From contig JBFWUF010000008.1 of NCBI GenBank assembly GCA_050247435.1, positions 22,704 through 86,703 of the forward strand: a stretch of DNA of 64,000 nt, written 5' to 3'. The stretch is from Blastocatellales bacterium (lineage in GTDB: Bacteria > Acidobacteriota > Blastocatellia > RBC074). Under the pieces are notes generated by a model. The model worked only from the letters and a program-made list of their open reading frames with translations, did not search any database and was not told where the DNA came from. This document shows positions 46,624 to 56,864 of the stretch, one piece after another. The translations under genes were made by a program, and so were the position numbers. Within the stretch, counting starts at the first letter, position 1; each line of letters begins with the position of its first letter.

Positions 46624-47928
46624 TCAGGTCTCGTGCGTGTGCGCGCCAGCATCCGCCGGGCGCAGTTCCTGCAGCTTGATCTGATACGCGCCCTGCGTGA
46701 CGACGCGCTCACCCGGCTTCAGCCCCGCCAGTACGGCCACCTTGTCGCCGTACTCATCGCCCAACTGCACCTCGCGCCGCTGGAATTCTTCGCCCGACAG
46801 CAACACATAGACAATCTTTTTGCCTTCGTGTTCGAGTACTGCTTCCTTTGGAATGGTGACGGCCTCGACGCTCTCCCCGGCGTCGAGCCGCACATCGGCC
46901 TGCATCCCAATGCGCAGCGCTCGCGCCTGATTCGGAACTTCAAAGACGACTGTCGCGGCGCGCGTCTGCTCGTTGACGATTGACCCGATGTTGATAACCA
47001 CGCCTTTGAACTCAGTCCCGGAATAAGCGGGCGTTGTGAAAACTGCGCGCGTCCGGTTGCCGAGCCGCGACAGATCGCGCTCGAAGATCGGGGCTTCCAC
47101 CCAGACAGTTTCCAGGTTGGCGATCTCAATGATTGCTTCGCCGGGCGCAACCTGTTCGCCGATATTTTTATTCACCTTCGTCACGATGCCGCTGATCGGC
47201 GCTCGCGCCAGGTAAGTGCCGCCGCCGTTTCCCACGTTGATTTTGACAGGCTCAACTTTGTCGGCGGCGCCAAGCGCCTTGCGCCGCGCCGTTGCCGCAG
47301 CGAAATTGGCCTGCGCTGATTTCAGTTCGGCTTCGGCGACATCAAGTTGCTGCTTCGGCAGAATCCCTTGCTCAAACAGTTTGGCGGTGCGTTCGGCTTC
47401 ACGGCGGGCCAGATCCAATCGCGCACGGGTAGACTCGATCTCTCCATCAGCGGTGCGCCGTTCGGCGTCAAGACGCGCCGCGTCAAGAGCGACCTGCGCA
47501 TTCTGCGATTCTGCCTGCGCCGTCGCGGCTCGTACCTGAGCCTGCTCGGCGGAAGTCGAGGTCTGTTGCAGCGTGGCAATTATCTGCCCGGCTGAAACGT
47601 TCTGGCCGATGCGGGGCAGTTGCCCGCGCAAGATGATCCCGCCGACCGGCGGCGCGACAAGAGCCTGATGATTGGCCGCCGCAATGACGCGGCCTGTGGC
47701 AGTGATCTGTCGCGCAAGCGGGCGCGATTCGGCCTGCGCCAGCTTCATTCTGATGAGCCATTGCTGCTCCATCAAAAATTTCACTGTGCCAGTCGCCTCC
47801 TGAGCGGCAGGCGCGGCAGCTATTTCTCCCTGTGAAGGCCGACGTAAGAATAAGAAGCCTGCTGCGGTGGCAATGGCGAGAAGCACAACAACTGCGAAGA
47901 TGGCGGTGGGGCGAATGTTTTTAGTCAT
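46624..47928 (-). CDS. czcB: RND efflux periplasmic adaptor (CzcB-like, paralog 2)
   Basis: 434 aa membrane-fusion protein with a TM anchor and a coiled-coil hairpin. Directly upstream of czcA. Confidence 0.85.
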   Translation of the reverse strand: MTKNIRPTAIFAVVVLLAIATAAGFLFLRRPSQGEIAAAPAAQEATGTVKFLMEQQWLIRMKLAQAESRPLARQITATGRVIAAANHQALVAPPVGGIILRGQLPRIGQNVSAGQIIATLQQTSTSAEQAQVRAATAQAESQNAQVALDAARLDAERRTADGEIESTRARLDLARREAERTAKLFEQGILPKQQLDVAEAELKSAQANFAAATARRKALGAADKVEPVKINVGNGGGTYLARAPISGIVTKVNKNIGEQVAPGEAIIEIANLETVWVEAPIFERDLSRLGNRTRAVFTTPAYSGTEFKGVVINIGSIVNEQTRAATVVFEVPNQARALRIGMQADVRLDAGESVEAVTIPKEAVLEHEGKKIVYVLLSGEEFQRREVQLGDEYGDKVAVLAGLKPGERVVTQGAYQIKLQELRPADAGAHTHET

Positions 47929-47933
47929 TGAAC

Positions 47934-48416
47934 CTACTCCACTTTGAAATCGGCGAGCGGCAGACGCTCATCAAGCCTGGTGTTTTTGATGTGGAACTCG
48001 ATGTCGTAATCGCCGCGTTGGGGGATCATCAAGTCGGCGACGTAAATGCCTGTCACCTTGCCCACGCGCGCTTTTGTCTGCACGGCTTGCGCGCCGCCTT
48101 TGGCGCGAACCGTGAGCGTCACCTCGGCCTGCTCAACCGGCGACCCGTCGCGGAGGTCGGTCAAGTGGATGCGGAACTGGCTCGGCTTGGCCGCTTTCAA
48201 CGGCTCATACTCAAAGAAGTTCTCGACCCGCTCGGTGAACTCCGTGCGCGCGACGGCCTCCTCAGCTTCTTCTTTCGGGCTTCTGGTTCCAGCCGTTTGC
48301 CACGCGCCGCATGCTGCCAGACTGATTGAGACTGCCAGCAGCAGGAGCGCCCCCGCCCTCTGACGACCGGCGGTAGTTTTTGCAAGGGAAATGAAAGACG
48401 AACGGGATGGCATCAA
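47934..48416 (-). CDS. lipoprotein, possible Ig-like periplasmic metal-binding accessory protein
   Basis: Lipobox LAAC. Mature domain ~120 aa, predicted beta-rich. Lies between the M56 protease gene and czcB. Family not recognised. Confidence 0.5.
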   Translation of the reverse strand: MMPSRSSFISLAKTTAGRQRAGALLLLAVSISLAACGAWQTAGTRSPKEEAEEAVARTEFTERVENFFEYEPLKAAKPSQFRIHLTDLRDGSPVEQAEVTLTVRAKGGAQAVQTKARVGKVTGIYVADLMIPQRGDYDIEFHIKNTRLDERLPLADFKVE

Positions 48417-48430
48417 TTGGAATCACCTTT

Positions 48431-49501
48431 CTATTTGAGAACGTGGATCAGAGCCTCGGTCGCTTCGTGAACGGCAAGCGGCGCGGCAAGGGAAACGACA
48501 AGCAGTGTGAGTACGGAGAGCGTGGCAATAAAGACGGCTTTGTAACCATACGGGCGTGAGAGCGCAGCCAAGCGCGTAGGAGCCGGCAGCGCGTCACTCA
48601 AATCCAGCAGCCGCTGAACGCGCCGCTCCAAGTCCAGCGCACTGACGGGGAAGAACCCTGAAGCAATTGCCGGAGCAGGCATAATTGTCCTGCGCTTCAG
48701 CTTCACCAGCGCCTCGGCGAGGTCGAGTGGGACTGCCGTCCGCGCCGCAGCCATTTCGTCACACAGCAACTCCACCTGTTCCGCCCGGTATTTTAGAATC
48801 AGGCGCGTGAGCGGGAAGGCCAGCGAGGCGTAACCGAACAGCGACAACACGAGCTTCGCCAGATTATCGCGTCGCGAATCATGCGCCGCCTCGTGAGCAA
48901 TGACCCCGCGCAGTTCATCCGGCGTCAGCATATTGAGCAGCCCCGACGACAGCACCAGCCGTGAGCGGTGAAAACCCCACACGAACGAAAAAGGGTGGTC
49001 GCTCATTACCAGCCCGATCCGCAACTTGCTATGCGCGGAGGCGCTTTTAATTAGCGCCAGTTGCTCCGGCAACGGCGGCTGTGCCTTAACGTCCAGCCGT
49101 TCAATCAACGCGTTCAACCGCAAGTAGCCGCGCACGCTAAGCCAAGCCACTGAAATTGCTGAGAGCAACACCAGCGACACTGTCACATAAGCGAGCGCCG
49201 GTTCCAGCTTCGCCGTCAGTTCTCCGAGCAGGTGAAGTTGATGGAGCGGCTGCGGGTGCGCGGCGTCAAAGGCTGCTTCGCCCAGCCACCATTCCGGCAG
49301 GAAGGCCGCCGACGTCAGCCAGGCCGCAACCAGCGGCGGCAGGACGACCGCCGCCGAATAAATCCGAGTCAGCGTTTCAGGCTGCCATTGCCGCCAGCCG
49401 CATTCAGTCGCCGCGCGTACGGCGATGGCGACGGCAAAGCCGCATAGAGCCAGCAGCGTGCTGAAGAGAATAAAATTTTCGATGACGGCGATGAATCTCA
49501 C
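48431..49501 (-). CDS. M56-family (BlaR1/MecR1-like) membrane zinc metalloprotease lacking the C-terminal penicillin-binding sensor domain
   Basis: 356 aa. Four TM helices. HExxH at VIAHEAAHD. No PBP/transpeptidase-like sensor domain. Overlaps the blaI-like stop. Confidence 0.8.
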   Translation of the reverse strand: MRFIAVIENFILFSTLLALCGFAVAIAVRAATECGWRQWQPETLTRIYSAAVVLPPLVAAWLTSAAFLPEWWLGEAAFDAAHPQPLHQLHLLGELTAKLEPALAYVTVSLVLLSAISVAWLSVRGYLRLNALIERLDVKAQPPLPEQLALIKSASAHSKLRIGLVMSDHPFSFVWGFHRSRLVLSSGLLNMLTPDELRGVIAHEAAHDSRRDNLAKLVLSLFGYASLAFPLTRLILKYRAEQVELLCDEMAAARTAVPLDLAEALVKLKRRTIMPAPAIASGFFPVSALDLERRVQRLLDLSDALPAPTRLAALSRPYGYKAVFIATLSVLTLLVVSLAAPLAVHEATEALIHVLK

Positions 49502-49947
49502 TTGCCCTGTTTCCTCCGGCCTTGTGCCTCGCGTTTGGCGCGTATCATCTCTTCGAGTTGGTCGAGTTTGCCAGCATCCGTGCCCACGAGGTCAACGAAA
49601 GCCGAAATCGCCGGCGCATGAAACTGGCCAATCAACGCGCCCAGCACCTCCTCGACCATCACGCGTTCGAACTCCTCGTGGGAGTAACGCGGCGAATAAA
49701 CGAAGGCCTTGCCCTGCTTCTCGCGCAGCAGAAAGCCCTTGCGGTGCAGGCGATCGAGCGTTGTCAGCACCGTCGTATGAGCGATCTCGCGGCGCTTTCT
49801 CAGCTTTTCTTCGACCTCGTTAACCGTCCGCGGCGATTCTCGCCAGAGCAGTTCCATTACGGCAGTCTCCAATTCACCGAGGACATGGCTCGCGCCGCGT
49901 CTGCCGGGTTTGAATCCGCGTAAAGTGATTTTCGGTCGCATAGACAT
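49498..49947 (-). CDS. BlaI/MecI/CopY-family transcriptional repressor
   Basis: Winged helix (LGELETAVMELLWRESPRTVNEVEEKL...HTTVLTTLDRLHRKGFL) and a C-terminal dimerization domain. ATG at 49947 (MSMRPK). Confidence 0.85.
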   Translation of the reverse strand: MSMRPKITLRGFKPGRRGASHVLGELETAVMELLWRESPRTVNEVEEKLRKRREIAHTTVLTTLDRLHRKGFLLREKQGKAFVYSPRYSHEEFERVMVEEVLGALIGQFHAPAISAFVDLVGTDAGKLDQLEEMIRAKREAQGRRKQGK

Positions 49948-50095
49948 ATCAGTATGCTGGCTACAACTCTTGATCTTTGTAAGACTACTGCTGATAGTTA
50001 CATGGCGGAAAGAGGGAGTCAATGGCTCATTCTCCTTGCATTCGCGGTTCGCTGAGATGGCACAGAGCAACGTGAAATGGGCTGTGCCATCTCTT

Positions 50096-53000
50096 TCAAA
50101 AGATAGCTGCTTCCACGCGCGATTCCCGCTCCGAATCCAGTGGAGACTTTCTTGTTAACTCCGCCATTGAAGGCGGCTTTCCGAACTTCAAATAAAGCGC
50201 AGGCAGCACGATCATATTGAGCAGCGTTGAAGTGAGCAGCCCGCCCAGAATCACCACGGCCATCGGCTGCTCCAACTCGCGTCCGGGTTTGCCCGCGCTC
50301 AAGGCCAGCGGCAACAAACCAAGTCCCGCCGTGAGCGCCGTCATCAGGATCGGCGAGAGCCGCTCCATCGCGCCGCGCGCCACCAGATCGCGCCCGAACT
50401 TCATGCCCTCTTCCGCCATCAGGTGGTTGTAATGCGTAACGAGCATAATCCCGTTGCGCGTGGCGATGCCGAAAAGCGTCACAAAGCCGACGAGTGAAGC
50501 GACGGATGTTTCGCCCTCACTCGCAATCAACACCGCCGCCACGCCGCCAATCAGCGCCAGCGGCAGGTTCGCCATCACAAGCAGCGATTGCCTGAGCGAG
50601 CGGAACGCGAGGAAAAGCAGCAGGAAGATGCCCACGACCGCAGCGGCGCTGAGCAGCAAGATTTGGCGAAACGCTTTCGACTGCGCTTCGTACTGTCCGC
50701 CGTAAACGACGTAGTAGCCCGCTGGCAATTGCACTTTTTCACTGACGCGACGCTGGATGTCGCCGACCACTTCGGTCAGGCTGCGCTCGCCCGTGACGTT
50801 GCACGTGACGACGATGCGGCGCTGGGCGTTCTCGCGGTTGATCGTGTTTGGGCCGTTGACGATCTCGATATCGGCGAGCGCGCCGAGCGGGACTTTCGCT
50901 CCGACAGGCGTGTCCACGAGCGTCTCGCGCATCGTTCGCAGATCGCTCGCCGCGTTCGGTTCGTAGCGGACGAGGATGGCGAACGATTTTTGCCGCTCGA
51001 ACACGTCGGAGACTTTCACGCCGTAAAAAGCCGCGCGCATCATCTCGGCCAAGCCAGCGCTGTTGAGGCCGTATTGCGCCATCGCGTCGCGCTTGAAGCT
51101 GACATGAACTTTCGGCACACCGGTCTGTTGTTCGACGCTGAGGTCGGTGATGCCCGGCGCATCGGCCATCGCGCGTTGAATCTCTACGGCTTTTTCCGCC
51201 AGCGCATCCAGGTCGGGGCCGAAGAGCTTGACGACAATCGTGGCCGTCGTGCCCGACAAAACTTCTTCGATTCGCTCGGAGATGAATTGATTGATGCCGA
51301 AAGCGAAGCCTTTGAAGTCGGCCAGCTTGCGACGCACGTCCTCGATGACTTCATCGCGCGTGCGGTCGCTCTCTTTCAAAGCGACGTGCAACTCGGTGAG
51401 ATTCGGGCCGAAGGTGTCTTCGCTAAGTTCGGCGCGCCCTGTCTGCTGCGTGACTTTGACGACTTCGGGGATTTCAGCCAATCGTTGTTGGGCGAGCGCG
51501 CCAACCCGCATGGACTCTTCCAGCGAAAGACCGGGCACGCCGCTCATGCGTATGATCAGATTGCCTTCGTTGAATTCCGGCAGGAACTCTCCGCCGAGAA
51601 ACGGTGTGGCGGCGAGTGTGAGCGCAAGCAATGCAGCCGAGACGGCGATGATCGCGCGCGGATACCTGAGCGCCGGATTGATGATTCGCGCGTAAGCTCG
51701 CTTGAGCAATCGCACCGTCAACGTCTCCTCCGACCTCACTCTTCCGTTCATCGCCAATCGCGGCAGCAGCGCGTAACAGAGCGCGGGCGTGATTGTGAGC
51801 GCGACGACGAGCGAAGCGAGGATCGAGATGATGTAAGCAAGCCCGAGCGGGGCGAAGATGCGCCCGGCCAGGCCGGAAAGTGAAAAGATCGGCAGGAAGA
51901 CCAGCGCGACAATGGCCGTCGCGTAGACCACTGAACTGCGCACTTCGCTCGACGCGTGATAGATCACCGAGAGGACTGGCTCCGGATGTTCCTTCAAGCG
52001 GTTTTCGCACAGCCGCCGCCAGACGTTTTCGACATCAATAATCGCGTCGTCCACAACTTCGCCAATCGCTATCGCCAATCCGCCGAGCGTCATCGTGTTG
52101 ATCGTCGCGCCGAACCAGCGCAGGATGATGATCGCCACCAACAACGAGAGCGGAATCGCCGTCAGGCTGATCAACCCCGCGCGCCAATTGAAGAGAAACA
52201 ACGCAAGCACGAGCACCACCAGCAACCCGCCTTGCAGGATCGCCCAGTTGATGTTGGAGATTGAACGTTCAATGAAATCGGCCTGGCGAAAAATGCCGGG
52301 GTCCAGCACGACATCGCGGGGCAGCGCGGCCCTCAACTCGCCGAGCGCCGCTTCGACCGCGCGCGTCGTCTGAAGCGTATTGGCCCAGGGCTGTTTGAGT
52401 ACGATCACAATCACACTCGGTTGGCCTGCCGTCGAGGAGTCGCCAACTTTGTATTCGGCGCCGAACTGTACGCGCGCGACCTGCCCGATCTTCACCGGCA
52501 GATTGTTTTTGACCGCGACGACGGCATTCTCCAGATCGCTCAAGGCGCGCACGCGGCCTTCGCCCTGAATGACCATCGTCTGCCCGGCGGTGTCGAGGAA
52601 GCCTGCCGCCGCATTTTGATTCGCCGACCGCGCGGCGTTCATCACCTCGCCCAGCGTCACACCAAAATCCTTCAACTTCGCCGGGTCAACGATGACCTGA
52701 TACTGCCTGACCTCGCCGCCGAAGACGATGATCTGCGAGACGCCCGGCACGGCCAGCAAGCGCGGGCGGATCGTCCAATCGGCGAGCGTGCGCAAATCCA
52801 TCAACGAAGTTTCTTTGGCCGTCAGGCTGACGCGCAGCAGCGTGCCGACTGGCGGGCTGATGGGCGTCATCTGCGGCTCGTTCGCGCCTTCGGGCAAACG
52901 CGCGCGCGCGATCTGCAACTTCTCGCCGACCAGTTGCCGCGCGCGAAAGATGTCCGTGCCTTCCTCAAAAGTGCAGGTGACGACCGCGAGGCCGGCGGCT

Positions 53001-53257
53001 GAAGACGAACGAATCACTTCCAGATTGCTCGTGCCGTTGAGCGCCGTCTCAAGCGGCAGCGCGATGAGTTGCTCGGTCTCTTCGGCGGAGAAGCCGGGCG
53101 CTTCGGCCTGAATCACGACTTGCGGCGGCGCAAAATCCGGGAAGACATCGAGCGGCGCATTCATTGCCGTCCGCATGCCGAAGACTATCAATAGCGCGGC
53201 GAGCACGATGACGACCAGCCGGTTGCGCAACGACCAGAGGATGATCCGGTTGAGCAT
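50096..53257 (-). CDS. czcA: CusA/CzcA-family heavy-metal efflux RND permease (paralog 3)
   Basis: 1053 aa. N-terminus MNAPLDVFPDFAPPQVVIQAEAPG. Confidence 0.95.
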   Translation of the reverse strand: MLNRIILWSLRNRLVVIVLAALLIVFGMRTAMNAPLDVFPDFAPPQVVIQAEAPGFSAEETEQLIALPLETALNGTSNLEVIRSSSAAGLAVVTCTFEEGTDIFRARQLVGEKLQIARARLPEGANEPQMTPISPPVGTLLRVSLTAKETSLMDLRTLADWTIRPRLLAVPGVSQIIVFGGEVRQYQVIVDPAKLKDFGVTLGEVMNAARSANQNAAAGFLDTAGQTMVIQGEGRVRALSDLENAVVAVKNNLPVKIGQVARVQFGAEYKVGDSSTAGQPSVIVIVLKQPWANTLQTTRAVEAALGELRAALPRDVVLDPGIFRQADFIERSISNINWAILQGGLLVVLVLALFLFNWRAGLISLTAIPLSLLVAIIILRWFGATINTMTLGGLAIAIGEVVDDAIIDVENVWRRLCENRLKEHPEPVLSVIYHASSEVRSSVVYATAIVALVFLPIFSLSGLAGRIFAPLGLAYIISILASLVVALTITPALCYALLPRLAMNGRVRSEETLTVRLLKRAYARIINPALRYPRAIIAVSAALLALTLAATPFLGGEFLPEFNEGNLIIRMSGVPGLSLEESMRVGALAQQRLAEIPEVVKVTQQTGRAELSEDTFGPNLTELHVALKESDRTRDEVIEDVRRKLADFKGFAFGINQFISERIEEVLSGTTATIVVKLFGPDLDALAEKAVEIQRAMADAPGITDLSVEQQTGVPKVHVSFKRDAMAQYGLNSAGLAEMMRAAFYGVKVSDVFERQKSFAILVRYEPNAASDLRTMRETLVDTPVGAKVPLGALADIEIVNGPNTINRENAQRRIVVTCNVTGERSLTEVVGDIQRRVSEKVQLPAGYYVVYGGQYEAQSKAFRQILLLSAAAVVGIFLLLFLAFRSLRQSLLVMANLPLALIGGVAAVLIASEGETSVASLVGFVTLFGIATRNGIMLVTHYNHLMAEEGMKFGRDLVARGAMERLSPILMTALTAGLGLLPLALSAGKPGRELEQPMAVVILGGLLTSTLLNMIVLPALYLKFGKPPSMAELTRKSPLDSERESRVEAAIF

Positions 53258-54564
53258 CAGCGTTTCTCCTCTTTCTCGTCATCTTCGCTTTCAATCTGGC
53301 CTTTCAACGTCTCGCTGCGCAACGAAGCCGCGCCGACCGACACCACTTTCTCACCTGCTTTGAGTCCGCTGCTGATGACGACACTGTCGCCGTTGCGCTC
53401 GCCCAGGGTGACGCGGCTACGCTGGTAAACGCCCGGCTGCACCTCGACGAAGACAATGGACTGGCTCTCTTCGGTAAGCGCGGCGGAAGCCGGGATGAGC
53501 AGCGCTTGTATGCGTGCGCCGCCCGGAATGCGCGCTTCGGCTGTCATCCCGATTTTGAGCGCGCCGTTAGGATTGCCGGCTGCGAAGATCACCGTCGCGT
53601 TGCGATTGGCCGGGTCAATCACGCCGTTGATAGTGACGAGTTGGCCGGTGTATGCGCGGTCGGGATCGGCGGGCGTCGTAAATGTCACGCGCGCGGCGCG
53701 GCGCACCGCCCGAAGCTGGCTTTCGTGAACGGCGACCTCAATCCAGACGCGGCTCAAATCAACAATCGTCAACAGACTTTTCGCCGGGTCAATTTGCTGT
53801 CCGGCGGTAAGTTCGGCGGCGACGACCATGCCGGAAATCGGCGCTCGCAGTGGGACGCGCGGCGGCGTGCTGGTTTGTTGTTGCTGGGCTGCTTCGGATT
53901 GCGCTCTGGCCGCTTCGTACTGTTCTTTGGCGCGCCTGGCTCCATCGAGGCTGGCCTGCGACTGCCGCAACTTGAACTCGGCGGTCTGAAGTTGTTTGAG
54001 CGAAATCGCGCCGCCGTCGTAGAGCCGCTTGGCGCGCTCCACTTCAATCTGTTGAAACGCGACCTCGTGCCGTGCCTGCTCAATCGTGGCCTGAAGCTGC
54101 GCCGCCGTTGCGCTCAATTGCGCCGCCGTCCCGCCGAACTGCGCCGCCGCCGCCCTCAATTGCGCCTGCTCGGCGGCGGTGAGCATCTGTTCGACTTCGG
54201 CGATGACCGCGCCCTGTTTGACGAAGCTGCCGATGCGCGGCAAGCGAGCCGGATCGGCGACCAAGCGCCCGGCGAAGGGCGAAAAGACTTGCGCTTCGCC
54301 GCCCGCGCGCGCCGTCACCCGCCCAATGGCCGTGATGGTCGAAACAATTTCCTGCTCGGTCGCAGCGGCGGTTTGAATGCCATTGGCTTTGATCTGCTCC
54401 GGCGTCAAACGAATCGCGCCATCCGGCGCATCGTCTGTCTTTGTCTCAGCCTCGCGCGCCGGTTCGGGTTTGCGGTCTGTTTTTGAACCGCAGCCCGCGC
54501 ATAACAAGCTCGAGCCGCAAAGCAGCGCGCTCAACAACACAATGATGAAATTGCAATTTGGCAT
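53257..54564 (-). CDS. czcB: RND efflux periplasmic adaptor (CzcB-like, paralog 3)
   Basis: 435 aa. Lipoprotein-like N-terminus (LLCAGCGSK). Coiled-coil plus beta-barrel domains. Confidence 0.85.
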   Translation of the reverse strand: MPNCNFIIVLLSALLCGSSLLCAGCGSKTDRKPEPAREAETKTDDAPDGAIRLTPEQIKANGIQTAAATEQEIVSTITAIGRVTARAGGEAQVFSPFAGRLVADPARLPRIGSFVKQGAVIAEVEQMLTAAEQAQLRAAAAQFGGTAAQLSATAAQLQATIEQARHEVAFQQIEVERAKRLYDGGAISLKQLQTAEFKLRQSQASLDGARRAKEQYEAARAQSEAAQQQQTSTPPRVPLRAPISGMVVAAELTAGQQIDPAKSLLTIVDLSRVWIEVAVHESQLRAVRRAARVTFTTPADPDRAYTGQLVTINGVIDPANRNATVIFAAGNPNGALKIGMTAEARIPGGARIQALLIPASAALTEESQSIVFVEVQPGVYQRSRVTLGERNGDSVVISSGLKAGEKVVSVGAASLRSETLKGQIESEDDEKEEKR

Positions 54565-54621
54565 ATTTCCCGGCGTGGCCCCGCAGGATCGCTCCTTGAG
54601 CGTGCAATCTAACGAGAGTTG

Positions 54622-54639
54622 AATAAACAGCGGATTAAT
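54622..54639. promoter_or_regulatory. degenerate response-regulator box (copy 4 of 5) upstream of czcB paralog 3
   Basis: AATAAACAGCGGATTAAT. 14 of 18 positions match GATAAACAGAGGATAAAC, with the same 11-bp phasing. About 58 bp upstream of the czcB start at 54564. Confidence 0.35.
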
Positions 54640-54663
54640 TTGCGGGGAACAAAGGAGAAGAGG

Positions 54664-56109
54664 TCAGCTTGCGATGGGAGCAGGCAGCGTAGCGACAAAC
54701 GTACTGCCGCATTGGTCGGAGTGGCGCAGCTCAAGGCATCCGTGATGCGCCTCCGCAATCCAGCGCGCGATGGAAAGGCCGAGTCCCGCGCCTCCGTTCG
54801 CGCAGGTTTCGGTTCGCGTGCGTGATTTATCCGCGCGGTAGAAACGCTCAAAAATGCGCGACTGGGCTTCCGGCGGAATGCCCGCGCCGGTGTCGGTTAC
54901 GGTGATTTCGTGCGTGGAATCGTGTTGCGCCAGACTGACCCGGACCGCCCCGCCTGCCGGCGTGTATTTGACGGCATTATCGAGCAGGTTTAAGAGCATT
55001 TGCCGCAGCAAGCCTTCGTCGCCGCGATACGGCGTTTCGCCTGCCGGCGCGACCTCGACTTTCACGCCTTTTCGTTCTCCCAGTATTTGCGCGGCCCGCG
55101 CGGTCTCCGCCACCAATTCATCGAGGTAAAGGTTTCTGCTTTGCGGCTTGCGTTGTCCGGCGTCGGCGCGCGCGAGCGTGAACATGTCCTCGACGATGCG
55201 CGTCAGATGCCGCGTCTGTTGATTGATCATCGCCAGCGCCTCACGGTATTCGCCCGCTTCGCACTGCTCCTGATCCATCGTCACTTCGCCTGCCGTCCGC
55301 ATCACATAAAGCGGCGTGCGCAACTCGTGCGAAGCATCGGCCATAAATTGTCGCTGTTGTTCAAAGGCGCGCTGTTGTTGTGCAAAAGTGTCGTTGAGGC
55401 GCGCGAGCAGTTCGTTGAAAGTCGTGGCGAGTTGACCGAGTTCATCGCGCGGGTTGATGACCGGCAAACGCTGGTCGAGGTTTTCGGCGCTGATCCGCCG
55501 GGCGCGTTCCGACATCGCTACCACCGGCGCCAGGCTCTTGCGCGCCAGAAACCAACCGATTGCCGCGACTCCTAGCAGGGCAAAAGGAACGGCCAGGACG
55601 AGGATGCCGCCGAGCAATTCGAGGTCGTCCGACACATCTTCATACGGCTGGCTGATGACCAGGAAGATGGCGCTCTGCGGTCCGGTTTTGATGCGCTCCA
55701 CCGCCACCCGCAAACCATCATCAACACCGGTTTGCGCTTCCGGCAGCGAGTAATATTGCCGCCCCTCCCGGTCGAGCGCCGGGATGCCGGCGGGCAGCGT
55801 GGCGTGAACCTCGCCGAGCGTCTTTTCTTTCAGCAAGCCGCCGTTGTGATCGAAGAAGGCCACCGCCTGGCGCGGGAAATAGGATTTGCGCAGCGCGCTC
55901 CCCGCCGCATACTCATCCGTCTCGCCCTCCTCTTTTTCATGCAAGATGAGCCGCACAACGCCTTCGCTGGCGACGCGCAATCCTGCATCCAACCGGCTTT
56001 GCAGCTTGCGCGCCATCAGCGCGTAGACGCCCATGCTGAAAACGATCAGGACCAGCGCCAGCAAACCGACGTACCACAACGTCAATTTTGTGCGGACGGA
56101 GTCAATCAT
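54664..56109 (-). CDS. heavy-metal sensor histidine kinase (paralog 2)
   Basis: Same architecture as 23796-25226. N-terminus MIDSVRTKLTLW (copy 1 has MFDSVRTRLTLW). ATG at 56109 overlaps the RR stop (ATGATTGA). Confidence 0.9.
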   Translation of the reverse strand: MIDSVRTKLTLWYVGLLALVLIVFSMGVYALMARKLQSRLDAGLRVASEGVVRLILHEKEEGETDEYAAGSALRKSYFPRQAVAFFDHNGGLLKEKTLGEVHATLPAGIPALDREGRQYYSLPEAQTGVDDGLRVAVERIKTGPQSAIFLVISQPYEDVSDDLELLGGILVLAVPFALLGVAAIGWFLARKSLAPVVAMSERARRISAENLDQRLPVINPRDELGQLATTFNELLARLNDTFAQQQRAFEQQRQFMADASHELRTPLYVMRTAGEVTMDQEQCEAGEYREALAMINQQTRHLTRIVEDMFTLARADAGQRKPQSRNLYLDELVAETARAAQILGERKGVKVEVAPAGETPYRGDEGLLRQMLLNLLDNAVKYTPAGGAVRVSLAQHDSTHEITVTDTGAGIPPEAQSRIFERFYRADKSRTRTETCANGGAGLGLSIARWIAEAHHGCLELRHSDQCGSTFVATLPAPIAS

Positions 56110-56791
56110 TGGTCTCCTCGCCTTCGGCGGCCAGCACATAGCCCGCGCCACGCCGCGTGCGAATCAGTTTCAGCGCGTAACCTTCATCGAGTTTGCGCCG
56201 CAACCGTTGGACGTAGACTTCGATTGAATTGGTGAATGGATCGAACGATTCATTCCAGACGTGCTCGGCGATGTCGGCGCGGCTCACCACTTCACCGGCG
56301 CGCCGGGCCAGATACTCCAGCAACGCGTACTCTTTGGCCGTCAATTCGATCTGTCGATCTCCACGCCTCACCTGCTGCGCGCGCGTGTCGATCACCAGAT
56401 CGGCGACGGTCATCGTCTCAGGCCGCAGCGCCTGCCCGCGCCGCAGCAACGCCCGCACGCGCGCCAGCAGTTCATGAAAGTCGAACGGTTTAACCAGGTA
56501 ATCATCCGCGCCGAGGTCGAGTCCGGCGATGCGATCCTGCACCGCGTCGCGCGCCGTCAGCATGAGAATCGGCGTGGTTGCTCCTGCCGCTCGCAATTCG
56601 CGGCAGACCTCAAAACCATCCTTCAGCGGCAGCAGCACATCGAGAATGACGAGGTCATAGTCGTTGACGCTCGCTAGATAAAGAGCCTCCTCGCCGTCGG
56701 CGGCGACATCCACGGCGTAAGTCCGTTGCCGTAGCCCTTTCGCCAGCATCCGCGCCGCGTTGGGTTCGTCCTCAACCAGTAAAATGCGCAT
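56102..56791 (-). CDS. OmpR-family response regulator (paralog 2)
   Basis: About 80% identical to the RR at 25231-25926 by eye, including an identical recognition-helix region (IEVY.QRLRRK). Confidence 0.9.
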   Translation of the reverse strand: MRILLVEDEPNAARMLAKGLRQRTYAVDVAADGEEALYLASVNDYDLVILDVLLPLKDGFEVCRELRAAGATTPILMLTARDAVQDRIAGLDLGADDYLVKPFDFHELLARVRALLRRGQALRPETMTVADLVIDTRAQQVRRGDRQIELTAKEYALLEYLARRAGEVVSRADIAEHVWNESFDPFTNSIEVYVQRLRRKLDEGYALKLIRTRRGAGYVLAAEGEETND

Positions 56792-56864
56792 CTTGATTCT
56801 CCGGAATCGGCAATATCCCCATCAACCGTTCGGCGCACAGCCTTAGCCGATTCCATCAATCGCG

